From Sedimentisphaerales bacterium (GTDB lineage Bacteria; Planctomycetota; Phycisphaerae; Sedimentisphaerales; SM23-30): a DNA stretch of 64,000 bases. The notes under the pieces are model-generated. The model searched no databases, was not told the DNA's origin, and worked only from the letters and a program-made list of their open reading frames with translations. The stretch's first letter is position 1, and each line of letters opens with the position of its first letter. The stretch lies in assembly GCA_963663965.2 (NCBI GenBank), contig CAXXFK010000028.1:512001-576000 (forward strand), in the 5' to 3' direction. A program made the translations under genes and the position numbers. Positions 10,187 to 20,428 of the stretch are shown here, in pieces.

Positions 10187-12874
10187 TTGGTTATGGGAAC
10201 GACTATGAGGAGTAAAGCCATGTGGGTCAGTGAGTTAAGATGGATGATGGCCATGGTGTTGATGGGTTTGATGGCAGGTGTCAGCCAGGGGGAAGGCCGG
10301 ATGGATGTTACTATCAATGAGGATTGGGTGTTTTACCGGGCGGATGTGGCCGGTGGAGAATTGGCCGGTCTGAACCAATCGGATTGGGAGGTGATCGATC
10401 TGCCGCATACGTGGAACGCGGTGGATGGTTCGGATGGCGGGAATAATTATTACCGGGGGATCGGGTGGTATCGAAAGTTTGTTACCTTGCCGCAGGAGTG
10501 GACCGGGCGGCGGATTTATATTTATCTGGAAGGGGCGGGCAAGGCGGCGGATGTGTATGTAAATGAGGTGTTGGTGGGACATCATGACGGGGCGTATGCT
10601 TCGTTTTGCTTTGATATCACGGAACAGGCGCATGCGGGAGCGGGGAATCTGATCGCGGTGAAGGTGAGTAACGCCAGTTCGCTGGATATCGCGCCGCTAT
10701 CAGGCGATTTTACGCAATGGGGCGGGTTGTGCCGGTCAGTGCGGCTGGTTGCTACCGATACCGTGCATGTGACGTTACTGGATTACGCATCGCCGGGGGT
10801 ATACCTGACACAGAGTAAGGTGAGTGAGGCTTCGGCTGATGTTGAAATCAAGAGTAAAATCCGGAACGCCGGTGGCAGTGAGCGGACAGTGTTGATACGG
10901 TCGCGGGTATTGGATCGTGAGCAGCAGGTGATCCAAACGGAAAAAGCCAGTCAGGTGGTTGCGGGCGGGGCGACGGTTAACTTTGTGCAGGATGTGACAC
11001 TGGCAAATCCGCGGTTGTGGAACGCGTGGATGGATCCGTATTTTTATACGGTGGTCGTAGAGGTGCTGCTGGATAATCAGGTGGTGGATCGTGTTGAGCA
11101 GCCGCTGGGTTTGCGTTATTACCATGTCGATCCTGACGGGGGGTTGTATCTGAACGGGTCGTATTTGGATTTGCATGGCGTGGCGATTCATGAGGACCGG
11201 GAAGGCAAGGGGCGAGCGATCAGCGATGCGGACCGCCAGCAGGATCTGGAGATCATGCGGGAGATGGGATGTACGTGGTTGCGGCTGGCGCATTATCAAC
11301 ACGCGGAAAAGATTTATGATCTAGCAGACGCGATGGGATTTGTGGTGTGGACGGAGATTCCGTTTGTAAACAGTATGAGTAGTACGACGTTTTTTCGTGA
11401 GAACTTGAAAGACCAGTTACGTGAGTTGATCCGGCAGAATTATAACCATCCTTCGGTGATGTTCTGGGGATTATTTAATGAGATCGCGACCGGGACGCAA
11501 TACGATACACTGGTGGGGGAATTGAACGCGCTGGCACATAGTGAGGACAGTACGCGTCCAACGACAGCGGCAACGAACCGGGGGACTTCGACAGTATTTA
11601 ACTGGATACCAGATCTGATTTCGTGGAATATGTACTGGGGCTGGTACAGCAATGAGGCGACGGAGATCGGGGGCTGGGCCGATTCGATCCACGCGGGCCG
11701 GCCGGGCGATGAGATCGGGATGAGCGAATATGGCGCGGGCGCGAGCATTCTGCATCATCAGGATGATCCACCGAAGCCGGCGAATACCGCGACGGGTTGG
11801 CATCCGGAAGAGTATCAGAATTATTTTCATGAGACTTACTGGCAGGCGTTACGGGTGAGGCCTTTTATCTGGAATAAGACGATCTGGAACGGATACGATT
11901 TTGGCGTGGACAGCCGCAATGAAGGGGACCGGCCGGGTATTAACGATAAGGGAATGGTGATCCGGGACCGTACGGTGCGGAAGGATGCGTTCTACTGGTA
12001 TCAGGCGAACTGGACGACGGTGCCGATGGTGTATATCAGCAGCCGGAGGTTTACGCCACGGCCGGCCAGTCCAGTGGCAGTGAAGGTATACTCGAATTGC
12101 GATGAGGTGGAACTGGTGGTAAATGGCAAGTCGAAGGGATTGCGTACAAGTTCGAACGGGCGGTTTGACTGGAGCGGGGTGGCGCTGCTGCCGGGGGCGA
12201 ATGAGATTATCGCGGTGGGGCGCAAGGGGGATATGATGGTGCAGGACAGCTGCGAATGGGAGCTGGATTATGATCCGATCGCTAAGGTGGAGGCGGTGAT
12301 GGCCAGCGATTATGAGAATATTCCGCCGGATCGGGTGAATCCGCCATCGTACGCGGTGGATAATAACCTGAGTACGCGGTGGGCGGTGGAAGACGCGGAT
12401 AATCAGCAGGATGAATGGATTACGCTGGACCTGGGGCGCAGCCGGGTGGTTGACCGGTTAAAAATGGCGTTTTACCGGGGCGCGGCGCGGGTGTACACTT
12501 TTAATGTGCTGGCATCGGATGATAACGCGACCTGGACGACCGTGCTGGCGGGGGTACAAAGCAGCGGGACGACTGAAGGTTATGAATATTTCGATATCCC
12601 CCGGACCTCGGCGCGGTATTTCCGGATTCATTCACTGGGTAACACTGTGAACAACTGGACGAGCTATTATGAAGTGGCGCTGTTATCGAAGCTGACCTGC
12701 GCGGAAGTCGTGCAGTATGGCTGGACGCTGGCAGGCGATGTGAGCGGGCCGGAGGGAGCGCCGGATTGTTATGTCGATCTTTACGATTTAAAGGTGATGG
12801 TGGATTACTGGCTGGACTGCAATGATCCGCAGGATGACAATTGTGCCATGAACTGGCCGGCCAATCGGAATTGA
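10187..12874 (+). CDS. GH2 beta-glycosidase (beta-galactosidase-like) with F5/8-type-C (CBM32-like) and dockerin-like C-terminal modules
   Basis: 'LPHTWN', 'YYRGIGWYRK', 'RLAHYQH', 'NHPSVMFWGLFNE', 'SEYGAG', 'NDKGMV'; 'AVDNNLSTRWA..WITLDLG'. True start probably 10205 or 10220. Confidence 0.9.
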   Translation: MVMGTTMRSKAMWVSELRWMMAMVLMGLMAGVSQGEGRMDVTINEDWVFYRADVAGGELAGLNQSDWEVIDLPHTWNAVDGSDGGNNYYRGIGWYRKFVTLPQEWTGRRIYIYLEGAGKAADVYVNEVLVGHHDGAYASFCFDITEQAHAGAGNLIAVKVSNASSLDIAPLSGDFTQWGGLCRSVRLVATDTVHVTLLDYASPGVYLTQSKVSEASADVEIKSKIRNAGGSERTVLIRSRVLDREQQVIQTEKASQVVAGGATVNFVQDVTLANPRLWNAWMDPYFYTVVVEVLLDNQVVDRVEQPLGLRYYHVDPDGGLYLNGSYLDLHGVAIHEDREGKGRAISDADRQQDLEIMREMGCTWLRLAHYQHAEKIYDLADAMGFVVWTEIPFVNSMSSTTFFRENLKDQLRELIRQNYNHPSVMFWGLFNEIATGTQYDTLVGELNALAHSEDSTRPTTAATNRGTSTVFNWIPDLISWNMYWGWYSNEATEIGGWADSIHAGRPGDEIGMSEYGAGASILHHQDDPPKPANTATGWHPEEYQNYFHETYWQALRVRPFIWNKTIWNGYDFGVDSRNEGDRPGINDKGMVIRDRTVRKDAFYWYQANWTTVPMVYISSRRFTPRPASPVAVKVYSNCDEVELVVNGKSKGLRTSSNGRFDWSGVALLPGANEIIAVGRKGDMMVQDSCEWELDYDPIAKVEAVMASDYENIPPDRVNPPSYAVDNNLSTRWAVEDADNQQDEWITLDLGRSRVVDRLKMAFYRGAARVYTFNVLASDDNATWTTVLAGVQSSGTTEGYEYFDIPRTSARYFRIHSLGNTVNNWTSYYEVALLSKLTCAEVVQYGWTLAGDVSGPEGAPDCYVDLYDLKVMVDYWLDCNDPQDDNCAMNWPANRN

Positions 12875-13023
12875 TGGCCAGCCAGTTCAGGTATACCCAA
12901 TGGGTATGAAAATTCCTGATCGCTCGCAAGATAAGTTCTTACTCGTGTAAAACTTATATTACGGCCCAGGGCCTTTTCAAATGTAAGCAGTATAAATTGT
13001 TATGCTATCGTTGCAGCGAATCG

Positions 13024-14796
13024 TTATGGCTGGTTGGGATAACGGGCCAGCAGGGCGTTCAGTTCGGTGCGATTAATGGGGAGCATGCTGCAATGTTTGG
13101 CGCCGTTGGGGGTGGAGACTTCGATTGGTTTGAAAGTTTTGAAATCGGTGGTTTCCCAGGCTTGCAGCGGGCTGTGGAAAGGATCGCCATAAATAATCCA
13201 TTTGTCAACCCCGACGATTTTGATAACTTCGGGTCCTTCGGTGGGCTTCTTTTCGTCTGAGAAGATAACTTTGCCATGGCCGTCGTTGGCGAATGAGTCT
13301 TTGGCGGGGTCGAGGCTTTTAACGACGGAAAGACGGTTGCCCATTTTGTCGTTGACATCGCCGGGTTTGTGGAAGCCGTAGTACATCCCGTTATGTTCAA
13401 CGATGGTGAGGTCGATATTGTGGATACCGATATCGTAGAAGACTTTCGAATGGGCCGGATCGATATTTTTCCAGTCTTTGGTAGTGAGGTAATAGAGGGT
13501 GTTGTGGCCGTTCTGGACAGAGGCCCAGTAAACGTAGAATAGGTCTTCGGCAGGCAGATAGAAGAATTCGGGCGCCCAGGCGCGGACTTTGTCGGGTGGG
13601 ACGACATCGATCGGACCGCCCTGCCAGTTGATCAGGTCGGTGGATTCCCAGTGGAAGATGGTGGGGAAGTCCCAGCCTTTGGTGTGGACGAGGTGGAACT
13701 TATCTTTGACGCGATTGACAAACGGATCACGGAGGCGGGCTTTGGGATCCATGACGGGTTGACCGTTATTGAGAGCGGTCCAGTGTCGGGCGTCTTCGCT
13801 GGTGGCGTAGAAGAGTTTTTCTTCGGGTCCGAAATAGGCCATCAGGTAGGCGAAGGCCGGTTCGAAGACATCGACGGGCAGGATATTGCCTTGGTCATCG
13901 AAGCGCATGGGCGAGATACAGGTTTCGCGGTTGTAACCGTTGCCATCGGGGATCTGGAATCGGTGGTAGGCGATGAACCATTCATCGCGGCCGGGGACCT
14001 GGACGACGGAATGGTGGCCGGCGGCTTTGACGATGCCTTTCTGTTTCAGGATGGGGTTGTTTTCGGCGGGAGTGAACGGACCGGCGGGTGTGGGGCCGGT
14101 GGCGTAATTGACGCAGTAGCGGGGATCGCGGGTGTCGAAGGAGGACCACATGAGGTAGTAGCGGCCGTTGCGTTTAAGAACAAAGGTACCTTCGTTATAG
14201 CCTTTGGGGGTGATGCGTTTGACTTGATCGGGCGGGTAGGAGATCATATCGTCGTTGAGTTTGACGACGTTGCAGTTGCCCTGGCCGAAGTAGAGCCAGG
14301 CGCTGCCATCATCATCGACAAAAACCATGGGATCGATGGTCTGGCAGCCGTAGGAGCCACGGGCGACCAGCGGCTTGCCGAGCGGATCTTTGAAAGGGCC
14401 GGTGGGTGTGTCGGCGACGGCGACACCAACTTGCTGTCTGGCAGAGAAATAGAAATAGTATTTGCCGTTTTTGGTGGCGATACAGGGCGCCCAGGCGTTG
14501 GCGTCGGCCCAGGTGAGGTCTTTTTTGAAATCAAGGATGACACCTTCGTTTTTCCAGTGGATCAGGTCGGTGGAGGACCAGCAGGAAAAACTGGAAGAAC
14601 CCCAGCCTTCGAAGCCATCGGTCGTGGGGTAAATGTAGTAAATGCCGTTGAATACGGCAATATGCGGATCGGCATGGGCGCCGGGCAAGGAGGGTGTGAT
14701 GTAAGATTCCTGGCCGAATCCGGGCAAGGTGAGCAGGCCGGTCAGGAGGAGGGCCAGGGATAGACAATGGGTGGTGTTTCGAGGTGTTCTTTTCAT
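13024..14796 (-). CDS. Bimodular GH43 glycoside hydrolase (two five-bladed propeller modules)
   Basis: 'HADPHI', 'AWAPC', 'IDPMVFVDDDG', 'NEG', 'GHHSV'; second module 'LRDPF', 'AWAPE', 'IDLT', 'EGP'. Confidence 0.85.
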   Translation of the reverse strand: MKRTPRNTTHCLSLALLLTGLLTLPGFGQESYITPSLPGAHADPHIAVFNGIYYIYPTTDGFEGWGSSSFSCWSSTDLIHWKNEGVILDFKKDLTWADANAWAPCIATKNGKYYFYFSARQQVGVAVADTPTGPFKDPLGKPLVARGSYGCQTIDPMVFVDDDGSAWLYFGQGNCNVVKLNDDMISYPPDQVKRITPKGYNEGTFVLKRNGRYYLMWSSFDTRDPRYCVNYATGPTPAGPFTPAENNPILKQKGIVKAAGHHSVVQVPGRDEWFIAYHRFQIPDGNGYNRETCISPMRFDDQGNILPVDVFEPAFAYLMAYFGPEEKLFYATSEDARHWTALNNGQPVMDPKARLRDPFVNRVKDKFHLVHTKGWDFPTIFHWESTDLINWQGGPIDVVPPDKVRAWAPEFFYLPAEDLFYVYWASVQNGHNTLYYLTTKDWKNIDPAHSKVFYDIGIHNIDLTIVEHNGMYYGFHKPGDVNDKMGNRLSVVKSLDPAKDSFANDGHGKVIFSDEKKPTEGPEVIKIVGVDKWIIYGDPFHSPLQAWETTDFKTFKPIEVSTPNGAKHCSMLPINRTELNALLARYPNQP

Positions 14797-15098
14797 AAAT
14801 GCCTTCTTTCATGAAAAATGGTTAGATAATCCAAATGAGTAAAAGTATATCGTAAAGGAGGTTTACGATAAAGTCTGGATAATGGATTGATTTTAAGCGG
14901 CTGGATAAATATAAATAAAACGAGGTGAGTAGCGGGTGTAACTGATTGCTATAAAAATGGTTATATCGGTTATGGTAATCTGGGGCCGGGGTGAGAGAAA
15001 AATTATTTCGAGGATTGAGATTTTTTTCTTACAAAAAGCGCTGTTTTTTTCAATAAGAACTGGAATGACATTATTCAACCCGAACAGTCTGGAGTCTT

Positions 15099-15626
15099 AT
15101 GACGCTCAGCGGCAAACAAAACGCGGATTTTTTGCGATTGTATCATAGTGTGCAGGGGCGGATTTATTCGTTTATCCTGGCCGTGGTGCATAATCGCAAC
15201 GATGCCGATGAGATATTTCAGGAGACGGCGGTCATTTTGTGGGAGCAATTTGATCAGTTTCGTGAGGGGGGCAGTTTTGGCGCGTGGGCGATCGGGATTG
15301 CCAAAAATAAGGTGATGGAATATCTGCGGGCGAATAAAAAGCTGAAGATGGTATTCGATGATCAGTTTTATCACCGAATCAGCGAAATTGCCCAGGACCG
15401 ACCAGTCAGCGGAGACGGTAAGATCGATACCCTGAATCATTGTATCGGGAAGTTGAAAGAGAACGATCGAAAGCTGCTGACGATGCGATTTCGTAAAAAT
15501 ATCGCGATCAAACAGATTGCGGTGGCAACCGGGCGTTCGGCCAACAGTTTATATAAGACGATGACCCGAATTCTGGTTTTATTGAGAAAGTGCATGCGAC
15601 AAACCACCATTATGGATAGCAGGTGA
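15099..15626 (+). CDS. ECF RNA polymerase sigma-70 factor (PVC-type)
   Basis: 'DADEIFQETAVILWEQFDQF..FGAWAIGIAKNKV'; region-4 HTH ending 'LRKCM'. Confidence 0.9.
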   Translation: MTLSGKQNADFLRLYHSVQGRIYSFILAVVHNRNDADEIFQETAVILWEQFDQFREGGSFGAWAIGIAKNKVMEYLRANKKLKMVFDDQFYHRISEIAQDRPVSGDGKIDTLNHCIGKLKENDRKLLTMRFRKNIAIKQIAVATGRSANSLYKTMTRILVLLRKCMRQTTIMDSR

Positions 15627-15627
15627 T

Positions 15628-17404
15628 ATGGATACCCGGTCAGAATTTGAAATTTGCGATCTGTTACTGCGATTGTTCGAGAACGACATCAATGACGTCG
15701 AATTAGCGCGGTTGAAGACCTGGTTTGAGACCGATCCGGGGGCGGCGGAGTTTTATTTGAGTTTCGTGGAGGATTACAGCACGATCGTTCGTGAAGGCGG
15801 GCGGCATCTGGAGCGTTTGACTGAGTCGTTAACAAAAAGTGACAGTGGTATCCATGGGGAGATTGTCAATGCGCTGGCGGAGATCAATCAGTGCCTGGAA
15901 CGGGGGAGTTCATCAGGAGAAACTTCTTCGGAAGAACTGAACGGAATTGACAACGATACAATTTTGCGAGACGTCGTGGAGCAGGATCTGGCGGATTCGG
16001 CCATTCGGGAAGCGATGGGGGATGACCCGGTTCAAGCTGGGAGTTCGGTATCGATCCGCAAACGGAAACCCATTACGAATCGGGATCGAATCCGGGTGTT
16101 GGGACGGATCGCCGCAATGATCCTGGCCTGTCTGGCGGTGATCTGGCTGGATCGCTGGATCATGCGGGAGAGCGCCAGCCATCCGCGACCGGTGCTGGCA
16201 TATCTGGATGACCAGATGGAAGCGAAATGGGACAAGTCACTGTGGCTGCCCCGGGCTAATGGGGAAATGACCCAGGACCGGTATGGCTTGTCGGAAGGGA
16301 TCGCCCAACTGCGTTTTGAAAATGGTTCGGAGGTGACCATCGAAGCGCCGGCGGAATGGTCACTGGACGCGAAAGACAGTCTGTATGTTTATCGCGGCCG
16401 GGTGTTCGCGACGGTACCGCGGGCCGGGATCGGGTTTTCGATTAATACGGACAGCGGCAAGGTGGTGGACCTGGGGACGGAATTTGGCGTTTCAGTGGAC
16501 GAGCGTCGTGAGATGGAGTTGCATGTGTTGAAGGGCAAGACGATGCTGGTTTCGGGCGTGGGGGATCGGGACCGTCAGAAGGCTTATCTGGAACAGGGCC
16601 AGGCCGTGGTTGTTACCACTGTGGGATCTGTGCGCCCGATCGATTTGAGGCGGGACGATTTTATCCGTTCGATCGATTCGAAGACCCATATGGTCTGGCG
16701 GGGCCAAACGAGGGTCAATCTGGCCGATTTGATAACTGAGGAAGGAGATGGTTTTGGCAGGGCGAATCTGACCGCGACGATCACTTATGATGGGGGCGAA
16801 CCGGTGGGGGAATCGGATCCGATCAAGAGAAATTCGCCATTCCGGCTTTTAACCCGATTTGTCATGCGTTGATGGTGTGTTTGTACCTAACCGCGGAAAC
16901 GGACCGGTGGTCATCAGTTCGTCGGGCCTTGAGTTTGAGGATTGTCCGAAAACCACCGGCGATTACAATGATTGTATTCGGAATGGGCAGTTTGGCACGG
17001 GCGATGGCATGATCGCCGGCCGGGCCTACGGGACGGCAGAAACACCGGCGATATTAATACACAGCAACGGTGGGATTACCTTCGATCTGGAGGCGATCCG
17101 GACGCAATATCCCTGGATGAAAATCGAGCGGTTTACCACCGAGGTGGGCGTCCAGACCAAACCGGAAACGGATGAAGGCTGGCAGGCCGATTTTTTTGTG
17201 CTGGTGGATGGCCAGGTGCGGTTCGAGAAGCGCTCGGTGCGTTCGGATGAATTGCATTCGGTCGTTGTGGCCTTGGATGGCGATTCTCGATTTTTGAGTC
17301 TGGTTATTACAGAAGGCAAGCCAAACGGAGCCGAGAGAGCGCGGCCAATTCATGGTGACTGGGGAGTGTTCGCTTTTCCGAGCTTACATTTTCAAAGACC
17401 TTAG
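15628..17404 (+). pseudogene. FecR-type anti-sigma factor with C-terminal NPCBM/NEW2-like domain, split by a +1 frameshift near 16853 (real or assembly error)
   Basis: ORF 15628-16872 (TM helix; FecR-like 'GFSINTDSGKVVDLGTEFGV') continues into ORF 16859-17404 ('VDGVFVP', 'HSNGGITFDL', 'FVLVDGQVRF', 'GDWGVF') if one base at 16851-16870 is removed. Confidence 0.75.
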
Positions 17405-17438
17405 TGAGATTATGATTGATTTGTCAAAAGGTACCGTT

Positions 17439-18224
17439 ATGAAGTTCAATGCTATTCAAAAACATGGTTTTACCTTGATTGAGTTGCTGGTGGTGATTTC
17501 GATTATTGCCTTGCTGGTCAGTATCCTGATGCCGGGTCTGGGACGGGCGCGTGAGAATGCCAAACGTACGCTGTGCGCCAGTAATCTGCGCAGTGTGGGG
17601 ATGTTGTTGAATATGTACGGCCATGATGAAAATGATACCTTGCCGGTTGCGTATTATAATGAAAGCCGCACCGGGGGGGCGGGGACCTATATGATATTCA
17701 AGGTGGATCCGGCGCTGCCCAGAAATGAACGGGTACAGGCCGCTTATAATCTGGCGCCATTGTGGCAGAAAGGGCTGGCGGAGAAATACGAGATTTTTTA
17801 TTGTCCCAGTCACCGGAACTCTCCGTTTGGTGTCGATGCTTATGAGGGGCCGGAGGGCTGGCCCACGGTTAATCCGGGCGTGCCGGGTGCGGTGAATCCA
17901 TCGAATCCGGGCATGATCCGGATCAGCTATTCGTATTTGCCGCAATCGAAGCGGACAAAGATGACAGTGGGATCGCAGGTCTTCGCGGGGATCGCCAAGA
18001 AGTTGTCGGAGACGCGAGCCGATCTGTCGATGAGTCTGGATGTGTTGCAGGCGCGGAAGTGGATGTCGCATTTGCAGGGGAAATACGCCGGTGCGAATCT
18101 GTTGTTTGGCGATATCAGTGTGCAATTCCGGCAAAACGACAAGGTTTTAAATGAAGATGATTATGGGAGTGATCCCATGAATGATCCGCTCTTATGGCGT
18201 ACGATTATTAAAGGTTTGGAATAG
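17439..18224 (+). CDS. Prepilin-type N-terminal cleavage/methylation protein (DUF1559-like)
   Basis: 'KHGFTLIELLVVISIIALLVSILMPGLGRARENAKRTLCASNLR', 'FYCPS', 'H..GANLLFGD'; start reassigned to 17439. Confidence 0.9.
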   Translation: MKFNAIQKHGFTLIELLVVISIIALLVSILMPGLGRARENAKRTLCASNLRSVGMLLNMYGHDENDTLPVAYYNESRTGGAGTYMIFKVDPALPRNERVQAAYNLAPLWQKGLAEKYEIFYCPSHRNSPFGVDAYEGPEGWPTVNPGVPGAVNPSNPGMIRISYSYLPQSKRTKMTVGSQVFAGIAKKLSETRADLSMSLDVLQARKWMSHLQGKYAGANLLFGDISVQFRQNDKVLNEDDYGSDPMNDPLLWRTIIKGLE

Positions 18225-18335
18225 CGTAAATCTCATGAGGGTCATCGCCCCCTTTAATCCCAATGATAGTATATTGTCGTTTTTCACAAAATGTTTACGT
18301 GGTATTAATGTATTACAAAGAAATGGAGTAGAATT

Positions 18336-20315
18336 ATGACGCATGACAAGATGAAATGGTTAACGAGAAGCCGTGGTATTCTGGTGGTATCCATGCTGTT
18401 GCCGGCGTTGGCTATCACGCCGAAACTTATGGCGGGGACGGTGACTGTGGATACCGGCGCTACCGGATCGCAATGGGAATGGACAGTGGATGATCCTGAT
18501 TTTGGGTCGTATACCGTTACCGTTTCGGGCGCGGCCGGACATGCCCAGAAGGATGGAACCTACTACTACCGGAACGCTTCGGAGAGCGGGGAAAACGATG
18601 ATGTCTATACCTGGACGATTTCGGGCTTGAATTCCAACGCGGTTATCACCCGTTTTGTGCTGGAATCGACCCGGATCGCGCCATCGGTGGGCAGCGGCAG
18701 CAACTGGAATTATAATCTGACCCTGACGGGCCCGGGTATGGCCGGGACGGTTTCTGACTATCGGCAATTAACCGGCGGGCTGGTATACGCAACCCCGGTG
18801 ATGTCGGTATTGGATATCTCATTTGGCAACGCGCCCTCGTTCGATCTGATCGTGGATGAATATTCGCCGTTTTCCACCCGTACGGTGGGAACGGAAACTT
18901 TTACGATTACGGCCGACTGGTCGCCGGATGTGGTGCCAGCCAATCCGGTTCCTGCGGATGGGTTGACCGACGTAAAAATTGCCGGTGGCGTGACGCTTCA
19001 ATGGGATGGCGCGGTGACACCCCCGGCCGGACTCAGCAAATATCTGTTGTATATTACCGATAATGGTACTGCCGGCGATCCAAACTTTTCAGGTGTCACT
19101 CCGATTGAAGTGGCTTTGGGCGCAGATCCGATTACTTACGGTCCGAAACCGATCGTTAAAGATAAAACCTACTACTGGCGAGTGGATCAGGTTGCCGATC
19201 CCAATTCCATTGCAGGCCGGGTGTGGTCGTTTGAAACGGAAAAATCCGTTCCAGTTATTATGAGTCAGCCTGAAAATGCCGTTGTGCCGATGTCGGAATC
19301 GGTTGCCTTTATAGTGGAGTTTGAAAGTTTTTACGCGCCGACGGTTACGTGGTACAGGAACAATGGTTTTGAAGATGCCTTAATTGCCGGGGGCGGTCAT
19401 TATACCGTTACGACTACTAATACAAATGGAATCGCTTATCAGACTGTACTGACGATCGACGCGGCTGAAGTGGGCGATACGGCTTATTATTTTTGCGTGA
19501 TCGAGAACGCTGCCGGTACTGACACCAGTGGTCGGGGACGTCTGATTGTACCGGCGATGGTGGCCTATTATCCGTTTGAAGGCACCCTGGAAGACAGTGC
19601 GGGAGAACATGATGGCAGTATGGTAGGCGGTGATCCGAATTTTGCCGCGGGTTTGCCGAATTTTGGCCAGGCGCTCGATCTGGAAAATACCGCGGAAAAA
19701 TATGTCGATCTGGGAGCAGACGCTCAGCCATCGGGCCTGACGCTGGAGACCGGGTCCGCTTCGTTCTGGTTTTTGATCGATGATCCTTCTGAAACCCGAA
19801 TTGGACTGATGGCGGTCCTGAATGATGGGGGTTATCAGCGGTTACAGATTGCTCTGGATAATAACCGTGGTTTTATAACCAACAAAGACGCAACTGGCGC
19901 TCAGATATATATTGTAGATGACAATGCGCTGGCCGCTAATGAATGGCATAACCTGATCGCAACCTGGACATTGCAAGAAGGGTTTACCTATAACCTGTAT
20001 GTCGATGGCAAGCTGATTCGCCAGGTGAGTATCAATTCCTGGGAGGTTGAGCCGTGGCACTATGGTATCGCGATTGGCGCGACGAATAACGCCGGAGCGG
20101 TTTCTAATTACTGGGATGGTCTGATCGATGAGGTGAAAGTTTATAACTATGCTTTAAGTCTGGAAGAAATCGCCGAGGAATGGTATGCCGGCAGTGGGCA
20201 GGTGACCTGTCTGGCCCCGCCGGCCTACGACTTGAGTGGCGATTGCATGGTAGATTTGAACGATTTTACCTTGTTAACCACTGAATGGCTGGTCAATGGC
20301 AACTGGCCGCAATAA
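18336..20315 (+). CDS. Secreted modular protein: unknown N-domain, 'TYYWRVD' module, Ig-like, LamG, dockerin-like tail
   Basis: Signal peptide; 'NPVPADG..TYYWRVDQ..VWSFET'; 'DTAYYFC'; 'VAYYPFEG..WHNLIATW..GLIDEVKVYNYALS'; 'DLSGDCMVDLNDF..WL'. Confidence 0.8.
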   Translation: MTHDKMKWLTRSRGILVVSMLLPALAITPKLMAGTVTVDTGATGSQWEWTVDDPDFGSYTVTVSGAAGHAQKDGTYYYRNASESGENDDVYTWTISGLNSNAVITRFVLESTRIAPSVGSGSNWNYNLTLTGPGMAGTVSDYRQLTGGLVYATPVMSVLDISFGNAPSFDLIVDEYSPFSTRTVGTETFTITADWSPDVVPANPVPADGLTDVKIAGGVTLQWDGAVTPPAGLSKYLLYITDNGTAGDPNFSGVTPIEVALGADPITYGPKPIVKDKTYYWRVDQVADPNSIAGRVWSFETEKSVPVIMSQPENAVVPMSESVAFIVEFESFYAPTVTWYRNNGFEDALIAGGGHYTVTTTNTNGIAYQTVLTIDAAEVGDTAYYFCVIENAAGTDTSGRGRLIVPAMVAYYPFEGTLEDSAGEHDGSMVGGDPNFAAGLPNFGQALDLENTAEKYVDLGADAQPSGLTLETGSASFWFLIDDPSETRIGLMAVLNDGGYQRLQIALDNNRGFITNKDATGAQIYIVDDNALAANEWHNLIATWTLQEGFTYNLYVDGKLIRQVSINSWEVEPWHYGIAIGATNNAGAVSNYWDGLIDEVKVYNYALSLEEIAEEWYAGSGQVTCLAPPAYDLSGDCMVDLNDFTLLTTEWLVNGNWPQ

Positions 20316-20341
20316 GCATGCATCCATTTCGTTCAATTCAG

Positions 20342-20384
20342 TAACCGATACGGGATGGGGCGAGGCTTCATCCCGTATTGGTTA
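20342..20384 (+). terminator. Strong intergenic hairpin (terminator or mRNA-stabilising stem-loop)
   Basis: TAACCGATACGGGATGGGGC-GAG-GCTTCATCCCGTATTGGTTA, about 20-bp stem with G-U pairs; no U-tract. Confidence 0.5.
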
Positions 20385-20428
20385 TCGTGAACCGAAAAAA
20401 GCATAAGTCATAACGGAGTCAAGCAGTT

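Noticed and set aside
13651..14763. 370-aa + strand ORF
   Set aside because: Antisense shadow of the GH43 gene with no protein motifs.
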